Shown here one piece after another: positions 51,470-64,000 of a stretch of DNA of 64,000 nucleotides; position 1 is the first letter of the stretch, and every line of letters begins with the position of its first letter. This stretch comes from Paraspadella gotoi (lineage: Eukaryota > Animalia > Chaetognatha). Under the pieces are notes generated by a model, which made no database searches, was not told where the DNA came from, and worked only from the letters and a program-made list of their open reading frames with translations. The position numbers were made by a program, and so were the translations under genes. Location: the NCBI GenBank assembly GCA_051294375.1, contig CM119268.1:16435074-16499073 (forward strand), written 5' to 3'.

Positions 51470-52006
51470 TTTTAAAACATTTATTTATAGTTCAATTTCA
51501 AAAACAATTTTCGTTACAAAATTATAAGAAGAGCGTCGAGCGACGCTTTTCGAACACAGAAAGTCGAAATTCTGACTTTCAAATTAATGGAAATTTATTC
51601 ACGTGAAAAAATTTCACACGATCACAAAACTCGACTCCTTTCACTTTTGTCGCTAATTAACATCAAAGCCTGTGAGACTCACTTGCGGTCGTCTTCGTCG
51701 ATATTTTAGTCAATGACATATTCTTCGTGGTTGTGTCGTTTTTGTTTGAACTATTTGAGCTTTCAAACATTTACAGAATGTTGCTTGACTACTCTCTTTC
51801 GACGAACAAAAAGAAAAATTCGAGCTCAAAATTTATTTTAAAGGGAAAACGTGATAATTATTATCAAGTATTAATCAATAATAATAATCAATTAATAATC
51901 ATATTATGAAAAAAATTTCTTGTTCGTGATACATCTACTACAGTATCTTATTTATAAAAAAAAGGAAGTATGACAAAAATTAATTGTTTTAACTGAAGGA
52001 TTGATA

Positions 52007-52416
52007 GTAAGGTGTTGTAGCTCCCCTAGTTGCTACACGTGCCTCTTTATCATAAAATCAACTTGTATAATGTAATGAATGTTTTTATCCATTTGTTACC
52101 GAGAAATAAAGAATCTATTACCCAAAAACGTTTTCTCTCCAAATTATTCTCACACCAACGCCCAATAACGAGTTTCCCGAGCGGAGATAGCGAGTTGAGT
52201 TTGTAGTATTAGATGCTACAGTATCGTTCTTTCTCGAAAAAAAAAGCGAATATCTCTCTATTCACACTCGCCGTTCTCCTTTTATACCTCGTCCCCTCCT
52301 CTCACTCCCTTTTTTTCGTCGGCTGATGAGGGCCAGCTTGCCGGACACCGACTCCTCGGGCGAAAAACCAGCAGATCAACGTGTTGCGTGTGCCTTGATA
52401 GCTACAAACACCTTAC
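52007..52416. mobile_element. MITE-like element with 16-bp TIRs and TA flanks (copy at 56446-56868)
   Basis: TA|GTAAGGTGTTGTAGCT ... AGCTACAAACACCTTAC|TA (one-base indel between the TIRs). Confidence 0.65.
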
Positions 52417-55400
52417 TAGCGAGCCCAGGAGCATTGTACTAACTACTGTATAGAAGAATTGTAGTAGAATACAGTCAGGTTTTGTATATTTATATGAAGA
52501 TAAATAGTACAGAGTATTACAACAATTTTCTTTTAATGCAGAGCATAACGCAGCTCTGTCTTCGTGGATTGAAAAGTTGGGAATATTTCTTTCCTTTCCT
52601 TCCTTTCCTTTTATACTTTCCTCCGTTCCTCCCTAAACACATGACCTCGGTTTCCAACGCTGACCGCCGCAACGCTTCTCTCAAAAGCTGTCGGTTCCAT
52701 CGTCCAGCGACGCGCCCGACGCGTCACTGGCCACCCTAGTCACGTGATTTCGTTCCATCTGATTCGTCGGAGCTCATTTGCATATTTCCGTGCTTCTTCC
52801 TTTTTCCTCGTTATATCTCCGTCGCTCTCTCTCTCTATATATTATATATATCTCCGTCGCTCCCCCCCTCTCTCTCTATATCTCCGTCGCTCTCTCTCCC
52901 TCTCTCTATATCTCCGTCGCTCTCTCCCTCTCTCTCTATATCTCCGTCGCTCTCTCTCTNNNNNNNNNNNNNNNNNNNNNNNNNNNNNNNNNNNNNNNNN
53001 NNNNNNNNNNNNNNNNNNNNNNNNNNNNNNNNNNNNNNNNNNNNNNNNNNNNNNNNNNNNNNNNNNNNNNNNNNNNNNNNNNNNNNNNNNNNNNNNNNNN
53101 NNNNNNNNNNNNNNNNNNNNNNNNNNNNNNNNNNNNNNNNNNNNNNNNNNNNNNNNNNNNNNNNNNNNNNNNNNNNNNNNNNNNNNNNNNNNNNNNNNNN
53201 NNNNNNNNNNNNNNNNNNNNNNNNNNNNNNNNNNNNNNNNNCTCTACCCTCTTCAATATGCAATATTGAAAAGAATGCTTTAAAAATATTGCGAAAAATT
53301 TAAAGTTAGACTTTGTCATCGCTCAACTTTTTTTCTTTTTTTTTCCCCAAATCGTTATGGAGAAAAACAATCGTTAAAGAATCAAACTTCAGTTTTTGAG
53401 AATCGAAAAATAGAAATAAAAAAAACAACAAAAGAGCAACAAATTCGAGGACGAAGATGGCGGAGATAGAATGTCTGCAGAGAAAAGAGAAGCTAGAGAA
53501 GGAGGCAGAGTGGTTGAAGAGATGTTGCGACCAAAAGATGGAGATTTGCAACATCTCCACTCTCAAAAAGAACGTGCTGGATAAGAGCCCCGAACCGCAG
53601 TGGTTTAAAAACGGTGGGAACTTCTTTTCTTATCGAGTCGGATAAGGAAAAGTCGAAGGGGAAATGAATAGATAATCCGACAGTGGATTTCGATAATATT
53701 TGAAACCTTAGCTCAATACAAAATTAATAATAGCTTCTTTCTCTGACGATGAATACACCTCACATAGCCATTTTTAAATTATCCAACCATTCATTAATAG
53801 AAAAAAGCATTCTNNNNNNNNNNNNNNNNNNNNNNNNNNNNNNNNNNNNNNNNNNNNNNNNNNNNNNNNNNNNNNNNNNNNNNNNNNNNNNNNNNNNNNN
53901 NNNNNNNNNNNNNNNNNNNNNNNNNNNNNNNNNNNNNNNNNNNNNNNNNNNNNNNNNNNNNNNNNNNNNNNNNNNNNNNNNNNNNNNNNNNNNNNNNNNN
54001 NNNNNNNNNNNNNNNNNNNNNNNNNNNNNNNNNNNNNNNNNNNNNNNNNNNNNNNNNNNNNNNNNNNNNNNNNNNNNNNNNNNNNNNNNNNNNNNNNNNN
54101 NNNNNNNNNNNNNNNNNNNNNNNNNNNNNNNTCAATTTTTAATTATCGTGTCACGATCCGATCCCTGACCGACATTCCCATTTCGTCACCACCCTTACCC
54201 ACCCACTCCCACAACCCCATCTTCAGGCTTCGACCCGATCGAGTTCCCCTTCAGCNNNNNNNNNNNNNNNNNNNNNNNNNNNNNNNNNNNNNNNNNNNNN
54301 NNNNNNNNNNNNNNNNNNNNNNNNNNNNNNNNNNNNNNNNNNNNNNNNNNNNNNNNNNNNNNNNNNNNNNNNNNNNNNNNNNNNNNNNNNNNNNNNNNNN
54401 NNNNNNNNNNNNNNNNNNNNNNNNNNNNNNNNNNNNNNNNNNNNNNNNNNNNNNNNNNNNNNNNNNNNNNNNNNNNNNNNNNNNNNNNNNNNNNNNNNNN
54501 NNNNNNNNNNNNNNNNNNNNNNNNNNNNNNNNNNNNNNNNNNNNNNNNNNNNNNNNNNNNNNNNNNNNNNNNNNNNNNNNNNNNNNNNNNNNNNNNNNNN
54601 NNNNNNNNNNNNNNNNNNNNNNNNAAGTGCTTCAAGCATCAGGTAGGGAGGTAGTTGAGGGCGACATAGGACTGACGCGTTTCGTTAAATGGTTCTGTAG
54701 AAGAGAAGGAGGGCTGTAATTGCCATAGTCTAGTTTATTGATTTTCCAAAGCGAACGGTCGTTGCTTAATCGTTATTGATTGCGGTTTTTTGATAACCGC
54801 AAACTCCAGAGCTCCAGAGCGCAGACTGCCTTTGGATAAGTTTTCGCGGTTTTTTTTATCTTATCTACACATCCTCCTTACCGCAATTGAAACTAATTAA
54901 TTTTAACCTTAAAGAGAACTCGTGGGAAAAAAAATTTTGCGGTATAAACAGGGATGTTTAAAGGGATAGACACCCAAAGAGAGAGAGAGTGGTGGCTGCC
55001 AGCATAGTATCTATCCCAGATAAACTACTCTCATACCATGCTCATAGAGCTAGCCAACGACGCACCCCGTCGACGACCTCTTCCAACTTCGAAGAGTGTC
55101 GTTCAATTCGTTCCTCCAATTTCCGACATCCCCTCTCTCATCCCATCAACTCCTCCTTCAACTTCCTCCACTCTCCTCCGGTGCGGTTCTCTCCAATCGT
55201 TACCATCCTCTAAGTCTCTCTTCTGTTAATCGATTTTCACTCACACATTCTCTACCCTTCAACTGGGTCGACCCTTCCTTCATCTGCCTACCTCGCTGCG
55301 CCGATCTTCTGCTTCTTTCCTCGTCCCAACTCCTTCTAGTTTCCGTTCAATCTCCGCCCAGAGACGTGAGGCGGTATAGCTCTGTAGCTCTGAGACTAGC

Positions 55401-55664
55401 GAATCTGCTGCTGGACTTCAAGCTGTTGAAGTCTTTTATGTTTGCATAGTCTTCTAAGATATTTCATCAGCGTTCTTCTCCGTGCTGTCGTGAATCAGTC
55501 CTACATATACATATTCTTCTCTTCTCATCTCGTAAAATTAATCTTCTTCTTCACCTCTGACCCCTTACTCGCTATAATAAATACTTTTTCTATTTTTCCA
55601 AAATCAGCCATGAAAAATATTTTAGCGGAAGAATAATAATCTTTTTTTTCCTTTCTCTCTCTCT

Positions 55665-55746
<82 letters not shown>

Positions 55747-57271
55747 TTCCTTTCTTTTTTTTTTTGCTCTTTATGTTTTTTTGGTTAGATAGCCCGGGAG
55801 GTTTAAATAAGTGTAATTTCTTACCTGCTAAGGCGGAAGTGATAATGAGGGAAGTAAGGACAAACAAAACTACCAACTGTCAAGTAGATCATTTGTCCCC
55901 GCGTCATTTTTAAAAACATTTATTTATAGTTCAATTTCAAAAACAATTTTCGTTACAAAATTATAAGAAGAGCGTCGAGCGACGCTTTTCGAACACAGAA
56001 AGTCGAAATTCTGACTTTCAATTAATGGAAATTTATTCACGTGAAAAAATTTCACACGATCACAAAACTCGACTCCTTTCAACTTTTGTCGCTAATTAAC
56101 ATCAAAGCCTGTGAGACTCACTTGCGGTCGTCTTCGTCGATATTTTAGTCAATTGACATATTCTTCGTGTTGTGTCGTTTTTGTTTGAACTATTTGAGCT
56201 TTCAAACATTTACAGAATGTTGCTTGACTACTCTCTTTCGACGAACAAAAGAAAAATTCGAGCTCAAAATTTATTTTAAAAGGGAAAACGTGATAATTAT
56301 TATCAAGTATTAATCAATAATAATAATCAATTAATAATCATTTTATGAAAAAAATTTCTTGTCGTGTTATATCTACTACAGTATTCTTATTTATAAAAAA
56401 AAAATGAAGTATGACAAAATTAATTTTTTAACTGAAGGATTGATAGTAAGGTGTTGTAGCTCCCCTAGTTGCTACACGTGCCTCTTTATCATAAAATCAA
56501 CTTTGTATAATGTAATGAATGTTTTATCCATTTGTTACCGAGAAATAAAGAATCTATTACCCAAAAACGTTTTCTCTCCAAATATTTCTCACACCAACGG
56601 CCAATAAGAGTTTCCCGAGCGGAGATAGCGAGTTGAGTTTGTAGTATTAGATGCTACAGTATCGTTCTTTCTCGAAAAAAAAAGCGAATATCTCTCTATT
56701 CACACTCGCCGTTCTCCTTTTATACCTCGTCCCCTCCTCTCTTTCCCGCACGTACTCCCTTTTTTTTCGTCGGCTGATGCAGGGCCAGCTTGCCGGACAC
56801 CGACTCTCGGGCGAAAAACCCAGCAGATCAACGTGTTGCGTGTGCCTTGATAGCTACAAACACCTTACTAGCGAGCCAGGAGCTTGTACTAACTACTGTT
56901 AGCGATAGAAGAATTGTAGTAGAATACAGTCAGGTTTTGTATATTTATATGAGATAAATAGTACAGAGTATTACAACAATTTTCTTTTAATGCAGAGCAT
57001 AACGCAGCTCTGTCTTCGTGGATTGAAAAGTTGGGAATATTTCTTTCCTTTCCTTCCTTTCCTTTTATACTTTCCTCCGTTCCTCCCTAAACACATGACC
57101 TCGGTTTCCAAACAGCTGACGCGCCCAACGCTTTCTCTCAAAAGCTGTCTTTGGTTCCATCGTCCAGGGACGCGCCCGACGCGTCACTGGCCACCCTAGT
57201 CACGTGATTTCGTTCCATCTGATTCGTCGGAGCTCATTTGCATATTTCCGTGCTTCTTCCTTTTTCCTCGT

Positions 57272-57517
<246 letters not shown>

Positions 57518-57853
57518 AGCCGCTTCAAAACGGACCTGCAAGTGAGGGCGGGTAAATTCCGCGCTCCTTTTTTTCTTAATATTTTTCAAGCTCCGGGCCC
57601 CGGTTATTTCCTTAATTTCCCCATTCTGCTATTTCCTCCTCTCTACCCTCTTCAATATGCAATATTGAAAAGAATGCTTTAAAAATATTGCGAAAATTTA
57701 AAGTTAGACTTTGTCATCGCTCAACTTTTTTCTTTTTTTTCCCCAAATCGTTATGGAGAAAAACAATCGTTAAAGAATCAAACTTCAGTTTTTGAGAATC
57801 GAAAAATAGAAATAAAAAAAACAACAAAAGAGCAACAAATTCGAGGACGAAGA

Positions 57854-59824
57854 TGGCGGAGATAGAATGTCTGCAAGAAAAGAGAAGCTAGAGAAGGAGG
57901 CAGAGTGGTTGAAGAGATGTTGCGACCAAAAGATGGAGATTTGCAACATCTCCACTCTCAAAAAGAACGTGCTGGATAAGAGCCCCGAACCGCAGTGGTT
58001 TAAAAACGGTGGGAACTTCTTTTCTTATCGAGTCGGATATAGGAAAGTCGAAGGGGAAATGAATAGATAATCCGACAGTGGATTTCGATAATATTTGAAA
58101 CCTTAGCTCAATACAAAATTAATAATAGCTTCTTTCTCTACGATGAATACACCTCACATAGCCATTTTTAAATTATCCACCCATTCATTAATAGAAAAAA
58201 GCATTCTGGCCCCTGACTTTGGGGCTTTTAGTCCTTCATACCTCTTTCAATAACACTTCTAATTACATATAACTACAGAGACAGACGAACAAATCAATTT
58301 TTAATTATCGTGTCACGATCCGATCCCTGACCGACATTCCCATTTCGTCACCACCCTTACCCACCCACTCCCACAACCCCATCTTCAGGCTTCGACCCGA
58401 TCGAGTTCCCTTCAGCCGACTCCTCCAGGACTTCCACCACAACCCTTCGGAGAACGTGAGGAAGTTCCCACGAGATCCGCGACTTCGTGGACTCCATCTT
58501 CGAAGAGGCGCGGAAGAGAGAGAGAGTGGAACCCAGGAAGTGCTTCAAGCATCAGGTAGGGAGGTAGTTGAGGGCGACATAGGACTGACGCGTTTCGTTA
58601 AATGGTTCTGTAGAAGAGAAGGAGGGCTGTAATTGCCATAGTCTAGTTTATTGATTTTCCAAAGCGAACGGTCGTTGCTTAATCGTTATTGATTGCGGTT
58701 TTTTTGATAACCGCAAACTCCAGAGCTCCAGAGCCAGACTGCCTTTGGATAAGTTTTCGCGGTTTTTTTTTATCTTATCTACACATCCTCCTTACCGCAA
58801 TTGAAACTAATTAATTTTAACCTTAAGAGAACTCGTGGGAAAAAAAATTTTGCGGTATAAACAGGGATGTTTAAAGGGATAGACACCCTCACACCCAGGG
58901 ACCGGAAAAAAGCTCATGTGCTGAAAAAATTTACATTAAAAATAAAAGGGGACATTAATTTTCATCACGCATAAAATGGGGTAAAACCGAAAAGGAATAG
59001 TTTAAACGTTTACCGCGTTGGAATTCGCGAATTAAGTGATATTTTCTTCATTTTATTGATTTTCCCTGAACAAATTTTTCGTTCGCATACGGCGAATTCA
59101 AGAGGATGAAAAGACCTTTCAACTCGTTACTGAAATTCATGGATATGTCTCACGGTATGGCCCGCACAAAATGAGAACAGTCTTCTTGAAAATCTTTGAG
59201 AACATATTTAGTTGTTTTTACTTCCTTTTTGATAAATTCTGTCTTTTTATCATAAATTTTAGATTCTATTGATACCGGACTCCAATATTCTGCTGACAAT
59301 GGTTTTTTTAGCGGCAATATACCTTAACAAGATGTTTGCTTTGAACTTGAGAAGTTCTAGAGAGTCTTCTTCTTCTCTCTCTCCTTTCTCTCTTTCTCTC
59401 TCACTGTCTCTCTCTCTGATTTTCATCCTTTAATCTGATTTGAAAATGATTTGAATTTCGAATGCAATGTTTATAATAAATAAACCAATCTCGATATTTT
59501 GTATGAATTATTGAATAAAAACCTTTTTATGCAATAGTAATTAGGAATTAATTATTTGAAAAAAAATGAGAAAAAAAGAATTGAGAAAAAAAAAAAAAAA
59601 TTAAGGAAAAAGAAATTTTTAAAAAATCTGAAATTTAAAAAACCGGTAAAGAAGATTCCGAAATCTTTTTGTTTACACGATTGCGAAAAAATATACCCCG
59701 TTTTATGCGTGATGTATACACCTTTTTTGGATCATTAGGAAATCTTGAAATAGAGTGTAATTTTGAAAGGTTGGTGGGAAAATAAGCTTCGACTTAAATC
59801 GTCTGACTCGCTCAATCCAGAGAA

Positions 59825-59905
<81 letters not shown>

Positions 59906-62900
59906 TCTCTCTTTCATCCTGTAGTGCGCTATTTAATTTTCTTCGTGACGAGAATTAACAATTCTTGCCACTTAATAAGAAATGGGGACGAAAGAAAGGG
60001 GGCGGAATAAAGGGGTTTTGTGGCAAGTTAACCTCGTCCCGTTTATTTGCCTCAGTTTCTTAATTACACGCTCAAGTTCAGCTTTATCTCCTTCTGCCAA
60101 CTCCACCGCCAATGCTCCAATCCGAACGACCCATCCCCTTTCTCTCAGCCACGCGCGCTTCGATCGACGGGCAAAGTCCCCGTCTCATGCTGCAACCATT
60201 ACAAGGATTCGCTCACCCTCTTCGATTGGCTCGTCGAGGAGGGCCGCTGGTGGCGCGGGATTGAATTCGTCGACGATTCCGGAATCCCTCGTAGTGACGT
60301 CGACGCCACGAGGGCGTTGAGCAACGAAGATGCGGGTGAAAGGGCGTGGATGGGTAGACAAATAGTTTGGAGTTGTGAGACAGCGGGAAAATAAAAGATG
60401 GTGATTNNNNNNNNNNNNNNNNNNNNNNNNNGATATCAAAGGGGAGATAGTGAAAAAAAAAAGGAACAATATAAAAGTGAAAAATTCAAAAAAATGTCGA
60501 TCGTCGCATTAAAAGTCAAAAAGGTACGTTGACCTTTAGAGCATTCTGTCGGAAGATTAAAATAAAGGAGAGGGAAAAAAAAAATAGCGAACTTATGTTT
60601 CCCTTTTGTTAAAAAAAATGCAGTCGACCGGTTTTAACATGGGAGTATTCCGCATGTTGATTAATAACCCAGATAAAAAATGTTGCAAATAACCTGTATC
60701 ACAATTAAAATTCTCTTCTTCCAAAAAAAGGTCGGTATTGGCCCCCCTACGGCCACGCGAATCGCCGCCGTCCGATCAAGATGGTGTCGATCCTGGCGGA
60801 CGAGGGCGACATGACTCGGGACTGCAACGCGGCGCTGCTGCGCAAAGCCTGCGCGGCGGCGCGGCGTTCGGTCGGCTGGGACGTGCTGCAGCTGAAGGAA
60901 TTCAACAACGAAGAACAATACATCTTGCAGTGGAGAAAATACAGGGGTGAAAACAAAGCCGACGTATTTGTCACGAGGATGCATCAGGTTGTTGTTGTTG
61001 TTGTTATTCTTGTGTCTAAGGAAAGTAAAATAATGTACTATTTTGCGGGGTTCCGGGCTTTGGACAAAACTAATAAAGAAATATCGTTGTTTGACAATCA
61101 ACCCTTTAATAAAAGACAATAAAATTGAGCTTTCCTCGACCTAGTAACGTTACAGTCACTCAAATAACTTCTCACTTTTCCTGAAATTTAATTGTCATCT
61201 TTTAACTATTTCTGTTTTAATTATAAAATTGATCTAACCTTGTTGGAATTTCGATTGTAAATAAACATTATTTATGGAAAAAAAATAATTTTTTTAAACG
61301 TGAATAGACAAACCAAAATTTTCCTCTGGATTCCTCAGGTCTTTGGCTACGACATGGAGCCTCTCCATCAAAAGCTGATGTTGTCCTTCGAAGAGCTCCG
61401 ACAACATCATGGTTTCGAGCTGGAGTTTCCCGACCTCATCGCTCCTGCGGCAGGTCTGCTCATGGTCGGTCGGATGGTCTCTCTGCGGTTCTTGACTCAG
61501 GCAAGTATTGAGTGGATTGCTCTTTTATTTCGTCGTTTGTTTTATCTAATAGCTTTTTAATACTATTATTATTAGTAAAGAATTTTGATGCGTCAGAAAC
61601 CAACCGTAAGGGAAGACTATTATTTAACTTAAAGCCAATTTTGAGTATGTTTAACTTTCGTTCCATTTATATTGAATTATGTAACTGAATTTAACCGCCG
61701 ATAATGAAGACGACAGTCGAGTTTCAAATCCCTATTCAGAAAAATTCTAAAAAAGGTCTGTCACTCTTTATCTCAGAACAAGACGGTCTAATTTTGGCCG
61801 TATTTTCCCAGAACGCCCCAAGTGGCGCCATTTTATCCAAACTTAATTTTTAAGTTTAAAGATTAGCGTTTGGGAATATGTTAAGGATTAGGGTCAGGAT
61901 CTTCGGTTTAGGGTTAGGAATAAAAGTTAGGGACTGGGTTACAGGTTTTGTAATTATTAAGGTTAAATATTAACGTTGAAATTAAAATTGACGGATTCGG
62001 TAACAGAAATGAGGATCTTTTGCAAAAGAGAGCTCTAATTAAAAAACAATCAACAATTCCGCATAGAGAAGCCTCCTACCTTCTAAAAATAGAAATATGA
62101 AGATCACACCTGAAAGATAAGGCTGTAATCTTATACATTCAGATCGTAAACAAGGGATTCCTTCCAAAAAAAAGAACTAAAGCCCGAAGAGAAAGTTCTC
62201 ACAAATGCAGCTTAACGATATATTTCTGATGAAACATTTAACGAAAATTGGTTTCTTGGTTCACGCGAGATGTCGCAGCTGCGGAACTTTTCTCAGGATA
62301 GATTTTGTCACCAGAGAACGAAGGGGCTCCTCTTTACTAAAAGGAAAAAAGGGGAAAAATAGGTCGGAAAAGAGGAGGAGAAAGCAGAGGCTAACAAGGA
62401 GGAAAAAGAGAGAGAGCGAGAGCGAGAGCATTAAAGAATAGAAAGTTGTGTATTCCTTTCGCTCGTTTAATAAAAAAAAAAAAAAAAATAGCTGGTGGAA
62501 TTATAAGTTTGTAAGAGGAAGTCGTTAATCGTAAAAGGCAAAAATGTGGGAAAAAAGGGGTGGATTTTTGATGGGCTTTCTACGATTACTCCACAACCTG
62601 AGGTCCCATTAAAGCGAAACTTGAGATTCACAATATTGAAGTCATTTCACATCTTGCTATATAAAAATTGAATGAGAAAACCACTGGCCTCTTTCGATAT
62701 AGCGACTTCCTACGAGTCATAAAATCGGCCGGGATTTCCTTAAATTTGTCTCTTTAACTAGAGCCAAACTTCGTCAATGGGGTGGGTCAGAAGTTGGATT
62801 TGGGAACCTTTCCAAATGAAACTTCATACATTTCTGAGAAAACTTTCAATGGAGCAAAATTTTCTAAAATGGCAAGAAGCATTAGTAATTAATTTTTTAA

Positions 62901-63612
62901 TATTTATTTATAGATAGGAAATGTCAAAAAATTTTTTTTGAATTTTTTATTTTTAAAAGCAGATTCAAATAGCTTATGAAAAGTTATCTACACAAAGTAT
63001 AATTCTTTTTTCAATATTTTGATGATAAGTGGGTTTAAATTGAGAAAAACCTTAAAAAATCATCATCATCATCATCATCCGATGATTTTAGCAGTTTTTA
63101 CTAATTTTTAGTAATAAAACATCAAAATTTTAAAAAGTTGTAATTATATTTTTTGCTTAACTTTTTAAGCTCTATCAGAATCAATTAAAAAAACTTAAAA
63201 TATACAAAAAAAATTTTTGACATTATATAGCAATATAATAATATTAATTAGCGAATTACTCATGGTTTGGAACATTTTTGCAAAAAAATATTTTAACACA
63301 ATAATTAATACCAATAATGGATTAGTTTAATGCTGTTCCCATTAAAATTTGAATTTGGTCGGCTACCGCTACTTTAACTTCTCCCTCCGTCCGGCTTTCT
63401 CCAAATGACCAAACGATCAGATCTCGTCGATGGTGGAGGCGATCCTCAACTGCCACGCCGCGGAACAGGCCTGCAACGTCGTGCCCTACGGCTTCACCCC
63501 CTCGGCCGCCCAACCCTTACCCGCCTTTATCCCCAGCTACCCGCTGCTGCTGCGGCTGCGGAACCAAGCCAGTCACGCCCGCTACGTCGTTTTCGATCAC
63601 GGAGGCCTCAAG
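57854..63612 (+). CDS. Divergent inositol-tetrakisphosphate 1-kinase-like (ITPK1, ATP-grasp) protein with N-terminal extension; continues beyond the window
   Basis: Exons at about 57854-58008, 58389-58555, 60170-60334, 60731-60987, 61339-61500 and 63421-63612. LRKACAAARRSVGWDVLQL...ADVFVTRMHQ...LMLSFEELRQHH...PDLIAP and YPLLLRLRNQASHARYVVFDHGGLK align by eye with ITPK1 (RGMEVVQL...DVIIHKL...FQEYIDAHP...DP; FPFICK...SHEMAIVFNQEGL). Exon 1 is duplicated at 53457. Confidence 0.55.
62880..63290 (-). repeat. Dispersed AT-rich repeat, inverted relative to about 4500-4850 / 14260-14700
   Basis: taactttttaagctctatcagaatc (about 63158-63182) is the reverse complement of gattctgatagagct(t)taaaagtta (about 4665-4689); aaaaccttaaaaaatcatc matches gatgattttttaaggtttt. 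Confidence 0.6.
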
Positions 63613-64000
63613 GTTGGAAGAGGATTGAGGGGGTTGGTTAGGTGGTAGGGTGGTGGTAGTCGTAAATGTCGAGGGTAATTTAATGGAAAGTTCGACGATG
63701 ATGATTTTCTGGTCAGTGGAAATATTTTTTTGGCGTTTTCGGCTGCTGAGGAAGCGCCTCGTTTTCTGATATAGTTTTAGTTTCTTTTTTAAATTTTAAT
63801 CTGCTCTGGACTCCGGACTGGAGCTGTAAGTTATTACACTTCTTCCGTGCATAATGATCCCCGGTTCGACTCGAATCAGATTAAAGATTTTTTTTTATTA
63901 TCTTGATTTTTTTCCCGCCGAATTTTCGAGCTACCAATTGTTAAGAGTGTAGTTTAAGTACGAATGATTGTTAAAATTATTTTAGACTCAGTTCCTCTCT

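Noticed and set aside
52318-52370. CTGATGAG...CGAAA hammerhead-like spacing
   Set aside because: Stems I and III do not form with the flanks, and the duplicate copy reads CTGATGCAG.
52744-54639. Long ORFs containing X runs, and the many ER/LS/RRR/SSS ORFs elsewhere in the track
   Set aside because: Produced by N-gaps, microsatellites, or alternative frames and antisense of real GC-rich exons.

Overview
Eukaryotic (metazoan-type, lineage not identifiable) genomic DNA: AT-rich introns, GC-rich short exons, (AG)n/(AAT)n microsatellites, N-gaps and many homopolymer indels. Four near-identical tandem duplications (about 1.2, 0.4, 9.2-9.7 and 4.3-4.4 kb period) look mostly like uncollapsed haplotypes of a noisy long-read assembly. 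Spliced genes read by eye: an SLC28 concentrative nucleoside transporter (5' part, minus), an EML/EMAP WD40 protein (plus), then a minus-strand run of SNX17, ODF3/CIMAP1, a small unknown gene, a kelch protein, PPAT, a ~1500-aa low-complexity protein with ~70 octapeptide repeats and a PAM2-like motif, and a signal/coiled-coil/H-type-lectin-like protein, and finally a divergent ITPK1-like gene (plus). The most striking non-genic signal is a set of at least three families of miniature non-autonomous LTR retrotransposons (TRIMs) whose ~230-265 bp LTRs each carry a tRNA-derived segment with Pol III A/B-box-like motifs. They have 4-bp TSDs, and the two complete elements share a TGGTGAGCC primer-binding site and a G-rich PPT (Helenus-like architecture). 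One is present in one duplicate copy and absent from the other, one has a TA...CA terminus, and one has two strongly diverged LTRs inside a perfect TSD. All identities are from recalled motifs, not database searches.
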